DNA from: Promethearchaeota archaeon
GTDB taxonomy: Archaea > Asgardarchaeota > Lokiarchaeia > Sigyniarchaeales > SOKP01
Direction of reading: 5' to 3'
DNA length: 40,686 nt
Assembly: GCA_048941285.1 (NCBI GenBank)
Contig: JBHLNS010000031.1
Coordinates: 1-40,686 of the forward strand
The position numbers and the translations under genes were made by a program. This document shows positions 29,188 to 38,589 of this stretch, piece after piece (the stretch's first letter is position 1; the number at the start of each line of letters is the position of its first letter). Below the pieces are notes generated by a model. That model was given only the letters and a program-made list of their open reading frames with translations. It did no database searches and was not told the DNA's origin.

Positions 29188-30435
29188 ATGCCTTTTGATT
29201 ATATGCCTTGGTGGAATAAAGAAACTAAGGAATTTGCTGACGAAGTAGAAAATTTTTGTGATACAGAATTAGTACCCCGAACAACAAAACTATTAGAACA
29301 AAATAAAGATCCAATGGAAATTCAATGGAGTGCCTCTAAATTGTGTGTAGAACGTGGATTCCATCCATTAATGGTTTTAGCAGAAGAAGAATATGGAGGG
29401 CGTGATAAAGGATACGCAGGTTATACAATCTTAAACGAAGAAATAGGGCGATCAAATTTAAATGTAAATCCTTTATTAACTAGTGTTTTTGGAGCAGGAC
29501 CCGTCCATTTATTTGGGACAACGGCACAAAAAAAGAAATTTTTAGAACCTATAGTAAAAGGAGAAAAATGGGCATCTATTACTGTGACAGAACCTGATGT
29601 AGGCAATGACGCTGCCGGAATCCAGCTTCATGCTGAAGAAGATGGTGATGAATGGGTATTAAATGGATGGAAACGTTACATTACACTTGGTGCCCTCTCT
29701 GATTATCATATGCTCTATGCGAATACGGATCCCGAAATGAAGAGAATTCATAGACATCTTACTGCATTCTTAGTTCCAACTGATACTTCAGGTATAACAA
29801 TAGAAAAGATTAATCAACTTATTGGAGACGTTGAGATGGCTAATTCAGTTATAAGATACAGAGATGTGCGAGTACCTAAAGAAAATATGATCTTGGATCC
29901 TGGAGATGGTTGGACAGTAATGACGAGTGCGCTCAATATTGAACGATTAGGGATAGCGAGTGTTGTTGGCTCATCAAAGAATCTAATAGAGACTGCAAGG
30001 GCTTATGGCCGAAGAAGAGTCCAATTTGGAAGCCCTATTTCACGATATAATGGTGTTCAACTAAGAATGGCAAATATCTCAATGAAAATTCATCTGATAA
30101 GGGTTTACATCTATTATTTAGCACATTTACTTGACACTGGTGAAGCAGACATGTTTACTTTTGCACTAAAATCTTCTACAGCAAAGATTTTTGGAACTCA
30201 ATCATTAACAGAAATGGCTTTAGATGCACTTTATATAGTTGGTGGTGATGGCTATCTTCAAGAAACAGGTATTGGTGGAATTTTAAAAAATGCAGCTTTA
30301 ATGCAAATTGCGGGTGGCTCAAATGACATACTCAAATTATTTATAGGTAGACAAGAATTTAAGCAAGACGTAGATGAACGTATGTTAACTCCCTCAGTAA
30401 GAGGTCCAACAAAAGAGGAAGCAGATAAATTATAA
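29188..30435 (+). CDS. Acyl-CoA dehydrogenase
   Basis: EEYGG, TEPDVGND, LNGWKRYIT, LNIERL, RVQFG.PI, GGDGY, IAGGSNDI. Confidence 0.93.
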   Translation: MPFDYMPWWNKETKEFADEVENFCDTELVPRTTKLLEQNKDPMEIQWSASKLCVERGFHPLMVLAEEEYGGRDKGYAGYTILNEEIGRSNLNVNPLLTSVFGAGPVHLFGTTAQKKKFLEPIVKGEKWASITVTEPDVGNDAAGIQLHAEEDGDEWVLNGWKRYITLGALSDYHMLYANTDPEMKRIHRHLTAFLVPTDTSGITIEKINQLIGDVEMANSVIRYRDVRVPKENMILDPGDGWTVMTSALNIERLGIASVVGSSKNLIETARAYGRRRVQFGSPISRYNGVQLRMANISMKIHLIRVYIYYLAHLLDTGEADMFTFALKSSTAKIFGTQSLTEMALDALYIVGGDGYLQETGIGGILKNAALMQIAGGSNDILKLFIGRQEFKQDVDERMLTPSVRGPTKEEADKL

Positions 30436-30457
30436 TGAAATTAGGAGGTATATCTAA

Positions 30458-31258
30458 ATGGCAAAATATAAAGAAGTAAAGTTTGAAATAAAGGATGAGA
30501 TTGGTATAATTACCATAGACCGACCAGAAAGAAGAAACGCATTATGTAGGGATGTTTGGGCAAGTATCGGACAAATCCTATCAGATACTTGGGACGATAT
30601 AAATGTAAGAGTAATCATACTTACAGGAAATGATGAAGAATATAAAGGCGGACGTGCTTTCTCAGCAGGACTCGATATTAAAGAGATGTCTACTACAGGG
30701 TTTAAGAATCTTGGAGATTTTCTTGGTATATTACTTGATCCGTGTGAATTAATGGCACGTTATCCAAAACCTATAATTGCTGCAATAAATGGTTATGCTT
30801 ATGCGGGAGGGCTTGAACTTACATTGTGGTGTGATTGTGCAATTGCTGCTAATGATGCTGTAATGGGATTCTGGGAAAACCGACGAGGTTTAGCGAGTGG
30901 TGTTGCATTCTTATTATTACCTGAATTAATTGGAATGCGCTACACTAAAGAATTATTATTAACTGGTAAAATAATTTCTGCTGAGGAAGCTTACAGAATG
31001 GGCTTAGTTAATCACGTAGTTCCTCACAATGAATTAATAAATGCTGCAATGCAGATGGCAGGAGAAATGAAAAAAGTTGCCCCAATAAGCCATAAATGGA
31101 CAAAAAAATGGTTTCAACAAGGGTACCACTACACTAGAACTAGAGCAATTGGTAGTTTATGGGAACCATTCCAAGAATTATTTCATAGTGAGGATGTTAT
31201 AGAAGGTTTTACAGCTTTCATGGAAGGAAATAGAGAACCTAAGTGGAAGGGAAAATAA
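30458..31258 (+). CDS. Enoyl-CoA hydratase/isomerase
   Basis: RPERRNAL, FSAGLDI, KPIIAAING.A.AGGLEL, with a second Glu in FWE; AGGAGGT SD. Confidence 0.92.
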   Translation: MAKYKEVKFEIKDEIGIITIDRPERRNALCRDVWASIGQILSDTWDDINVRVIILTGNDEEYKGGRAFSAGLDIKEMSTTGFKNLGDFLGILLDPCELMARYPKPIIAAINGYAYAGGLELTLWCDCAIAANDAVMGFWENRRGLASGVAFLLLPELIGMRYTKELLLTGKIISAEEAYRMGLVNHVVPHNELINAAMQMAGEMKKVAPISHKWTKKWFQQGYHYTRTRAIGSLWEPFQELFHSEDVIEGFTAFMEGNREPKWKGK

Positions 31259-31298
31259 ATTTTTTTTTAATTAAAATTACAAAATTTGAGGTAAAAAA

Positions 31299-31628
31299 AT
31301 GGCAAATGAAGAATTAGTAGAAGGAATTAAGAAAATGGTAAGTAAATTAGATGACCCCGCATATGCCGAAAGATTCCAGAACTTTGATAAAAAACTACAA
31401 TTTAATTTTACTGACACTGACAACTATTATCTTGTATTCAAGGATGCGAAATGTGAAATTCGAGATGGAGATGTTGAAGAACCAGATATAACTATTACCA
31501 CAACCAGCGATGTAATCATTGATATAATGGATGGTGAACTTAGCCCTACAAAGGCATTTATGGGTGGTAAACTTAAAGCAAAGGGTCCAATGAAAGATAT
31601 GCTGAAAATGCAAATGTTAATGAAGTAA
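31299..31628 (+). CDS. SCP2 sterol/lipid-binding domain protein
   Basis: PDITIT...GELSPTKAFMGGKLKAKG.M. Confidence 0.9.
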   Translation: MANEELVEGIKKMVSKLDDPAYAERFQNFDKKLQFNFTDTDNYYLVFKDAKCEIRDGDVEEPDITITTTSDVIIDIMDGELSPTKAFMGGKLKAKGPMKDMLKMQMLMK

Positions 31629-31711
31629 TTATATCTAATTTTAAAATTTCAATTTTTTTTAATAATTTTTGAGGTAATAAAAATATAATAGAAGATTGAG
31701 GGACTTAAGAT

Positions 31712-32530
31712 ATGGAATTTAAATATCTCTTATATGAAGTAAAGAATAAAATAGTAATTATCACTTTCAATCGAGAATATAAATTAAATGCCATAAATGG
31801 CAAGATGTTTGATGAAATTTATGAAGCTTTAGAAGAAGCTTCCAATAATAAAGATATCCGTGCTATCATTATCACAGGAAAAGGCCGTGCTTTTTCAACT
31901 GGGGGAGACTTTGATCAAGCAAGCCAGGGGATGGCTGGAGATGTAGATACAGTAGAAGATGGAGGAAAAATGCAATCAGGAGAAATAGAGATTGATGTTT
32001 CTCAAAAAAGAACAGTATTAAAGTTGCAAAGAACCCCTAAACCTATTATAGCTGCTATAAATGGGCTAGCCTTAGGAGGAGGGTTAAATATTGCATTAAA
32101 TTGTGATTTAATTTATGCTGCTGATAATGCTGAACTTGGTACTTTCTTTATGAAGAGAGCAATTATCCCGGAAATGTCTTCTACCTATATTCTCCCCAGA
32201 ATAGTAGGGATACATAAAGCAAAGGAATTAATCTTTTTTGGTGATAGATTTAGTGCTCAAGAAGCTTTAAAGATGGGTTTGATCAATGGAGTATTTCCTG
32301 CCAATGTTTTTATGGATAGAATAATGGAAATTGCTGAAAGTTTAGCAAATGGACCTACTTACTCTATTGGACTAGCAAAATTAGCTATAAATAAAGTTCT
32401 TGAGGAAAGGACAACACAAGCACTTGAAAATGAAGCTGAAGCTTTGTTTAAGGCCTTCGATTCAGAAGATTTCACTGAAGGGTTATTAGCATTTTTCGAA
32501 AAAAGAGATCCAAAATTTTTGGGAAGATAA
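31712..32530 (+). CDS. Enoyl-CoA hydratase/isomerase (PaaG-like, first catalytic Glu absent)
   Basis: GRAFSTGGD, KPIIAAING.ALGGGLNIAL, IIPEM, FFEKRDPKF.GR. Confidence 0.9.
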   Translation: MEFKYLLYEVKNKIVIITFNREYKLNAINGKMFDEIYEALEEASNNKDIRAIIITGKGRAFSTGGDFDQASQGMAGDVDTVEDGGKMQSGEIEIDVSQKRTVLKLQRTPKPIIAAINGLALGGGLNIALNCDLIYAADNAELGTFFMKRAIIPEMSSTYILPRIVGIHKAKELIFFGDRFSAQEALKMGLINGVFPANVFMDRIMEIAESLANGPTYSIGLAKLAINKVLEERTTQALENEAEALFKAFDSEDFTEGLLAFFEKRDPKFLGR

Positions 32531-32552
32531 TAAAATTAGAAGTGATGAATAT

Positions 32553-32978
32553 ATGGATGGAATTAAGGCTAAAAGATTATTGAAAATATTTTCTTTCATT
32601 GGAGGTGTTTATGAAATAATTTTTGGGCTTTTAATGATATTCTTTATAATACCTTTATTGAATTTATTAGGAGCAAATATAACACAGTTAGAATTTCCGA
32701 TTTTTTCTCAAACAGGGGGTTTATTAGCGATAATTATTGGATTAATCTTAACTTTCTCTTCTTTCAATGTTGAAAAATATTTGATGAATATCATCTTGAT
32801 AACGATATTACGTTTTACAATTCAGATTGTCATCATTTTCAATATGGTAATAATTCCTGAAATTTCAATTGGTTTATTACTATTTGGCTTAATGGATATA
32901 ATATTTGGGATAATAACGATTTATCTAATGAGAATTTCAGAGTTTTCTTTAAATTTATTTAAAGTTCTTCATCAATAG
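32553..32978 (+). CDS. Hypothetical 4-TM membrane protein
   Basis: Four hydrophobic segments; lies inside the operon. Confidence 0.75.
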   Translation: MDGIKAKRLLKIFSFIGGVYEIIFGLLMIFFIIPLLNLLGANITQLEFPIFSQTGGLLAIIIGLILTFSSFNVEKYLMNIILITILRFTIQIVIIFNMVIIPEISIGLLLFGLMDIIFGIITIYLMRISEFSLNLFKVLHQ

Positions 32979-32979
32979 G

Positions 32980-33705
32980 GTGATCCTTTATATGATACAA
33001 TCAAATAAAATTATAAGTAGTGTATTAGCGGAAAACCGCAATTTTCTGATGGAACATGAAAGTAAAGATCTTATTTCCTATTATGGTATTCCGGTTGGAA
33101 AATATAAGATCGCCAGAACTAAAAGTGACGCAATAAAATTTGCAAATGAAATTGGTTATCCCGTTGTAGCCAAATTAATGAGCCCTGATATTATCCATAA
33201 AACAGATGCTAAAGTTATTAAATTAGATATTAAATCTGATTCTGAATTAAATCAAGCTTATGAAGAATTAATTATAAACGGGAAAAATTACAAGTCAGAT
33301 GCTAAAATAATTGGAATCAATATTCAACAAATGGCAAAAGACAGTGTTGCTGAAATTATCATAGGTGCCGTACGAGATAAAAATTTTGGACCGGTTCTCA
33401 TGTTTGGTTTTGGAGGAATATTTGTTGAAATCTTCAAAGATGTATCATACAGAGTCTGCCCTATTAGTAAGGAAGAAGCAAATAAAATGATTCGAAGTAT
33501 CAAAGCATTTCCATTATTAAATGGGTATCGTGGCCAAATCAAGGGTGATATCGAATATCTTACTGAAGTTATGATAAGATGTTGTAGACTCTTGTTAGAA
33601 AATCCACAAATTGTAGAACTTGATTTAAACCCCGTTATTGTATTTGAAGCTGGTAAAGGGATAATGGTTGTAGATGCTCGAATTATATTAAAGGAGGAAG
33701 ATTAA
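32980..33705 (+). CDS. acdB: ADP-forming acyl-CoA synthetase, beta (ATP-grasp) subunit
   Basis: IGYPVVAK..SPDIIHKTD, FGPVLMFGFGGIFVE, ELDLNP, DARI; ATG 32992 is an alternative start. Confidence 0.9.
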   Translation: MILYMIQSNKIISSVLAENRNFLMEHESKDLISYYGIPVGKYKIARTKSDAIKFANEIGYPVVAKLMSPDIIHKTDAKVIKLDIKSDSELNQAYEELIINGKNYKSDAKIIGINIQQMAKDSVAEIIIGAVRDKNFGPVLMFGFGGIFVEIFKDVSYRVCPISKEEANKMIRSIKAFPLLNGYRGQIKGDIEYLTEVMIRCCRLLLENPQIVELDLNPVIVFEAGKGIMVVDARIILKEED

Positions 33706-33706
33706 A

Positions 33707-35167
33707 ATTTCGAAACTGAAAGATTTTAATGGCTTTTTTTATCCAAAAACGGTAGCTTTTTACGGAGCCTCGAATATGATGCAAAAATTTGGTAGCATTC
33801 ATCTTATCAATTTATTATCTGCTGGATTTCAAGGAAAAGTCATTCCAATACATCCAAAAGAGGAAGAAGTTTTAGGATTTAAAGCTTATAAAAATATTAA
33901 TGATGTCCCTGAAAATGTTGATTTAGTAGTAATGGCAATAAATCCAAAATTGATTAACAATTTCTTAGAAGATTGTGGCCAAAAAGGAGTAAAGCATATC
34001 ATTATTTTATCAGGAGGCTTTTTAGAAGTAGGAAATAAAGAAGCACAAGAAAAAATGAAAGAGATTGCTGATAAATATAATATGAAAATCATGGGTCCAA
34101 ATTGTTCAGGTGAGGTAGTTACTCCTTCAATTAACATTACCCACGTACCTTGGCCTCCAAGAAAAGGAGGAGTTTCAATTGTATCACAATCAGGAACATA
34201 TGCTGTTCAACCCCTCATTGCCATAAGTTCAAAAATTGGGCTAGGTATTTCAAAGATAATTTCAGTTGGAAATGAAGTAAATACAGATTTAGTTGATTAT
34301 TTAGAGGCTTTTGAAGAAGATAATGAAACAACTACTATTGGTATTTATTTTGAAGCAGTTAGAAGAGGTAGAAAATTCATTGAAACAATTGATAGAATTA
34401 ACAGAAAAAAGCCGATAGTAATAATCCCAATTGGACAAACTGAAGCAGGAACAAGATCCGCGAAATCTCATACCGCTGCCATTACATCACCTGGTTATGT
34501 AATTGATTCGATATGTGAGCAAACTGGGGCTATAACAGTGAGAAGTAGTATAGATATGTTAAATTTACTTAATGCCTTTGATTCTCTACCTCTTCCTAAA
34601 GGAAATAAAGTGGCAGTTTTAACATTAGGAGGAGGACCAGGCACTTTAATGTCAGATCTACTTGAAAGTAATGGTATGAAAGTTCCAATGTTAAGTAAAG
34701 AATTGCAGGAGAAATTAAAACCTTGGATGCCTGAAACTGCTTCAACAGTTAATCCAATTGATTTAACATATTCGGATGATATGCAAAATTTTCTAAATGT
34801 TTTACCAGAAATATTATTAAAAAGTAATGAGATTGATTCCCTTATTTTTTATGGATTAATGGGTACTGAATATTTCAAAAACCTTGTTAATGTACCAGAT
34901 TATATGAAAGAACATGAGAGTATTCTTACAATGAAAAACTTTGGAGAAATGATGGAAGATTTTTTTATTGCTCTATTTGATGAAATAATAGAGTTTAAGA
35001 AAAAATATAAAAAACCTATAATTTTAACTTGTTATAATACAAGAGAAGAAAAATTTGTAGCATACTTACAAGATAATGGTATTCCTGTCTGTTATCCTGA
35101 GGAGGGAATCTGGACTTTAATAAGAATGTGGCAATATAGCAAATTTTTACAATCAAATAATGAATAA
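33707..35167 (+). CDS. acdA: ADP-forming acyl-CoA synthetase, alpha (CoA-binding) subunit; start probably non-canonical, upstream of ATG 33776
   Basis: GPNC, SQSG, SVGNE, SHT phospho-His, GGG.G, NPIDL. The conserved N-terminal FFYPKTVAFYGAS is in frame upstream of the first ATG. Confidence 0.85.
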   Translation: MSKLKDFNGFFYPKTVAFYGASNMMQKFGSIHLINLLSAGFQGKVIPIHPKEEEVLGFKAYKNINDVPENVDLVVMAINPKLINNFLEDCGQKGVKHIIILSGGFLEVGNKEAQEKMKEIADKYNMKIMGPNCSGEVVTPSINITHVPWPPRKGGVSIVSQSGTYAVQPLIAISSKIGLGISKIISVGNEVNTDLVDYLEAFEEDNETTTIGIYFEAVRRGRKFIETIDRINRKKPIVIIPIGQTEAGTRSAKSHTAAITSPGYVIDSICEQTGAITVRSSIDMLNLLNAFDSLPLPKGNKVAVLTLGGGPGTLMSDLLESNGMKVPMLSKELQEKLKPWMPETASTVNPIDLTYSDDMQNFLNVLPEILLKSNEIDSLIFYGLMGTEYFKNLVNVPDYMKEHESILTMKNFGEMMEDFFIALFDEIIEFKKKYKKPIILTCYNTREEKFVAYLQDNGIPVCYPEEGIWTLIRMWQYSKFLQSNNE

Positions 35168-35225
35168 ATTAAGATATTTTGTTTTTTTAATATCAAATAA
35201 CAATTAAAGTAATGGATATTAAAGC

Positions 35226-35357
35226 ATGCCCACTAAAGCATGTCACAAATGTGGAATGATTCGGTCTGTAAAAGATCTTGTACTGTTAGAAGATGGAAAA
35301 TATATTTGTTTCTCATGTTGGAATGATTACAATAGACAAAAACAAGAAAAAAAGTGA
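35226..35357 (+). CDS. Unannotated 43-aa C4 zinc-finger microprotein
   Basis: Hand translation: MPTKACHKCGMIRSVKDLVLLEDGKYICFSCWNDYNRQKQEKK* (CxxC-x18-CxxC). Confidence 0.75.
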   Translation: MPTKACHKCGMIRSVKDLVLLEDGKYICFSCWNDYNRQKQEKK

Positions 35358-35382
35358 ATTACAGTTAAATAAAGATACTTAT

Positions 35383-35598
35383 TTAATCATAAGATACCAG
35401 AAATGTATATTTTTCAAGATCAAACTTTTTTAACTTTATTTCCTCTTTATCACTTTTTCTTGGAACGAGAGGCATTTTGATTACTATTTTGTAATTTTGT
35501 AAATAAAAATTATTATAAAAAACATTCTTAAATTTATCCCAGTCAATAAACTTTTGAATTAAAATTTCATTATCTTCTATTACGGGAATTAGAGACAT
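35383..35598 (-). CDS. Hypothetical protein (71 aa)
   Basis: ATG-started ORF in an otherwise empty gap; no motif recognised. Confidence 0.5.
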   Translation of the reverse strand: MSLIPVIEDNEILIQKFIDWDKFKNVFYNNFYLQNYKIVIKMPLVPRKSDKEEIKLKKFDLEKYTFLVSYD

Positions 35599-35996
35599 GT
35601 TTTTATATCTAAATTCTTTATAATCTAATAAATTTCAAAAAGTGCTAAAAACTTTTTTTGTTAACCCTTTTAGCTGTATTGACTAATTCTAAAATAACAA
35701 ATAAATCGTTATTTCTGAATAATCGCTTAAATCTGGTACCATTATAATATAAGAGATTGAATATTTAAATGTTTCTTTGATGCTTTTTAAAGCAAAATTT
35801 ACTTTTTACATTTACTTTTTAACATATTATGAAAGAAATGTTCTAGTCTTCCTAACTCTTAAAAAAATAACGATTTAAAAATATTTATCATTTAAATATT
35901 GACAGAAAAGACAAGAAATTATAAATATTATTTAGTGATTAGATAAATTTTAAAGATCTAAGTTTATTTTATTTTAAAAGAAATCTCAATTTAAAT

Positions 35997-37961
35997 ATGG
36001 GAACTGGAATTTTTGGTAAAATCTTATGGATTAATCTTACTGAAGAGAAATTTAAAGAAGAAACCTTATCTGAAGAACTTTATCGTCAATACCTTGGAGG
36101 ATATGGATTAGGAGTTAAATTAATTTATGACAATATGCCTGCTAGAATTGATCCATTAAGTTCTGAATCCATTTTTGGTTTTTTTCCAGGGCTATTAACA
36201 GGAACTCCCGCACCATTTTCAGGTAGATATATGGTAGCTGGTAAATCTCCATTAACAACCACATGGGGAGATGCTAACAGTGGAGGATCATTTGGTCCAG
36301 AGATTAAGAAATGTGGATATGATGCAATAATTTTTAAAGGAGCTGCTAATGAGCCAAAATATATATCAATATTTGAAGGTAGAAAGGAAATTCTAGATGC
36401 ATCAGATATTTGGGGTTTAGATATAATTGATACAGAGCTAAAATTGAAACAGAGACATGGAAAATTTATTAAAACAGCAGGAATTGGGAGAGCTGGTGAA
36501 AAATTATCAAAAATTTCTGGAATTGCAAATGATAAAGGAAGAATTGCCGCTAGATCTGGATTAGGTGCAATAATGGGGGCAAAAAAATTAAAAGCACTTG
36601 TTTTAAAGGGAAATAGCAAAATTGATATTCATAATAGAGATGAGTTTTTAAAATTAGTAAAACAATATAATGAAAGTGGTACACATGAAGAACCGAATAA
36701 ATTTATTCGTTCAATTTTGAAAAATGTCCCTAATTTAGCAAAAACAATTCGTAGATTTAGAATAGGATTCACAGGACCACCCAAAATGATAAGAGAGATT
36801 TATAAATCATTTGGAACTAGCGTAGCTAATACAATTTCAACAGAAACTAATGATTCACCAATTAAAAATTGGAGTGGAATTGGGATGTATGATTTCCCAT
36901 TCAAAAAATCAAAAAATCTATCAGCAACAAACATTCAAAATTATAAAATTAGGGATTATGGATGTTTTAGTTGCCCAGTTCAATGTGGTGCAATTTTAAA
37001 AGTTCCAGAACTAAATTTAGAAGAAACTTATCTTCCAGAATATGAAACTTGCTGTTCATTTGGTGCCCTTTTACTTAATGATGATTTAATTTCAATTTTT
37101 GAGATTAATGAATTATGCAATCGAGCAGCTATAGATACAATATCTACAGGGGCAACTATTGCCTTCGCAATAGAATGCTTTGAAAATGGGATTTTAACTA
37201 AGGATGAGACGAATGGATTAGAGTTAACATGGGGTAATTCAAAAGCTATTGTTGAATTAGTAAAAATGATAATAAACCGTGAAGGAATTGGATATATTTT
37301 AGCTGATGGAAGTAAAATTGCTGCACATAAGATAGGAAAGGGATCCGAGAAATTTTCTATAACTTCTTTGGGATCTGAAATTGCTATGCATAATCCAAGG
37401 ATTTTTCCTTCATTAGCATTTACTTATAATTATGATCCAACGCCTGGAAGACATACTGCTGCAAGTATAGATTTTGTTGATATTGGTCCTATAAACCAAT
37501 TTCAGAAAGGGTTTAAATTGCCAAAAGGATGGAAAAAAAACGAGAAAAAGAAGCAAGAAGGTCAAAAATTAGTTTCTTCTTTCCATCAAGTCTTAAATAG
37601 TGTTGGTTTATGTTTATTCTCGACTTTATTTGGGCCTTATCCCTTAATCGATCTCATCAATAATTTTACTGGTTGGACTATAGCCGTTGATGAACTTATA
37701 ACTATTGGATTACGAATACAAAATTTACGTCAAGTATTCAATTTACGTGAAAAAATAGATATCGTTCATAATAAATTACCTGGGAGGGTTACCGGTCATC
37801 CTCCTGATAAAAGAGGCCCAACAAAAGGTATATCAGTTGAATATGAAGAATTTTATAAAGGTTTTTGTAGAGAAATGGGTTGGAATCCTAAAAATGGATA
37901 TCCTCTTAAAGAAACTCTTAAGGATCTAAATTTGGAGTTTGTTATAAAGGATTTATATTAA
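35997..37961 (+). CDS. aor: Tungsten-dependent aldehyde:ferredoxin oxidoreductase family protein
   Basis: YLGGYGLG, KSPLT...GDANSGG, AARSGLGAIMGAKKLKA, CFSCPVQC, EYET, DTISTG, GLCLF. Confidence 0.92.
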   Translation: MGTGIFGKILWINLTEEKFKEETLSEELYRQYLGGYGLGVKLIYDNMPARIDPLSSESIFGFFPGLLTGTPAPFSGRYMVAGKSPLTTTWGDANSGGSFGPEIKKCGYDAIIFKGAANEPKYISIFEGRKEILDASDIWGLDIIDTELKLKQRHGKFIKTAGIGRAGEKLSKISGIANDKGRIAARSGLGAIMGAKKLKALVLKGNSKIDIHNRDEFLKLVKQYNESGTHEEPNKFIRSILKNVPNLAKTIRRFRIGFTGPPKMIREIYKSFGTSVANTISTETNDSPIKNWSGIGMYDFPFKKSKNLSATNIQNYKIRDYGCFSCPVQCGAILKVPELNLEETYLPEYETCCSFGALLLNDDLISIFEINELCNRAAIDTISTGATIAFAIECFENGILTKDETNGLELTWGNSKAIVELVKMIINREGIGYILADGSKIAAHKIGKGSEKFSITSLGSEIAMHNPRIFPSLAFTYNYDPTPGRHTAASIDFVDIGPINQFQKGFKLPKGWKKNEKKKQEGQKLVSSFHQVLNSVGLCLFSTLFGPYPLIDLINNFTGWTIAVDELITIGLRIQNLRQVFNLREKIDIVHNKLPGRVTGHPPDKRGPTKGISVEYEEFYKGFCREMGWNPKNGYPLKETLKDLNLEFVIKDLY

Positions 37962-38030
37962 AGCTATATTTCTTTTATAATATATTCACAATGTTCTTAT
38001 TGAGAATTAAACAAAATAAATCCGAATAAA

Positions 38031-38501
38031 ATGAGTAAGATAAACTATACAAATTTAAAATTTTTTATTAAGCATGAAATTGTTAAAGGAATTAAAAAAA
38101 TAAGAGGAAAGCATGCTCCAATTTCTGAAGTTATCAACAATATTTCTCAGTCTTTAAAAGTAGAAGAGATATATGATTTACGCAAAAAAGAAAAATACTA
38201 TTTTTTCATAACTGTAAGAAATTCTTCTAAACAGCCTAAATTAAGATATTTCTTAGCCATTTCATTAGCAAATAATAGTTCTGATTTGCTAGTTCAATTT
38301 GCGCGAGATTTGGCAGTCAAAAGTGATTTAAAATTAATTCAATATTCGATTTTTCCTAAAACCTTGAGAATTCAACTTTTATTGTTAAAAGAAATAAAAA
38401 AAAACGAAGATTACTTTGAGTCTATTGAGAAATTAAAACATCATAGAAAGGAATTTCGCACTAAACTAGTAAAAATAAAGAATCTAGTAGAAAATGAATA
38501 G
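38031..38501 (+). CDS. Hypothetical protein
   Basis: 156-aa basic ORF, co-oriented between aor and pyk. Confidence 0.65.
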   Translation: MSKINYTNLKFFIKHEIVKGIKKIRGKHAPISEVINNISQSLKVEEIYDLRKKEKYYFFITVRNSSKQPKLRYFLAISLANNSSDLLVQFARDLAVKSDLKLIQYSIFPKTLRIQLLLLKEIKKNEDYFESIEKLKHHRKEFRTKLVKIKNLVENE

Positions 38502-38589
38502 TTAATAAGGAAAAATATAATAATAATATTAATTACAATTTTGATGTTAGGACCCTAATTACTTTAAAAATAAAAAATGGTTTATAAAA

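Noticed and set aside
33692-33706. prfB-like +1 frameshift (SD, codon, stop) fusing acdB to acdA
   Set aside because: The shift codon GAT cannot re-pair well on ATT; non-canonical initiation is simpler.
36125-36619. 164-aa minus-strand ORF, and the other short ORFs nested in or antisense to long genes
   Set aside because: They overlap well-supported genes and have no independent motifs.
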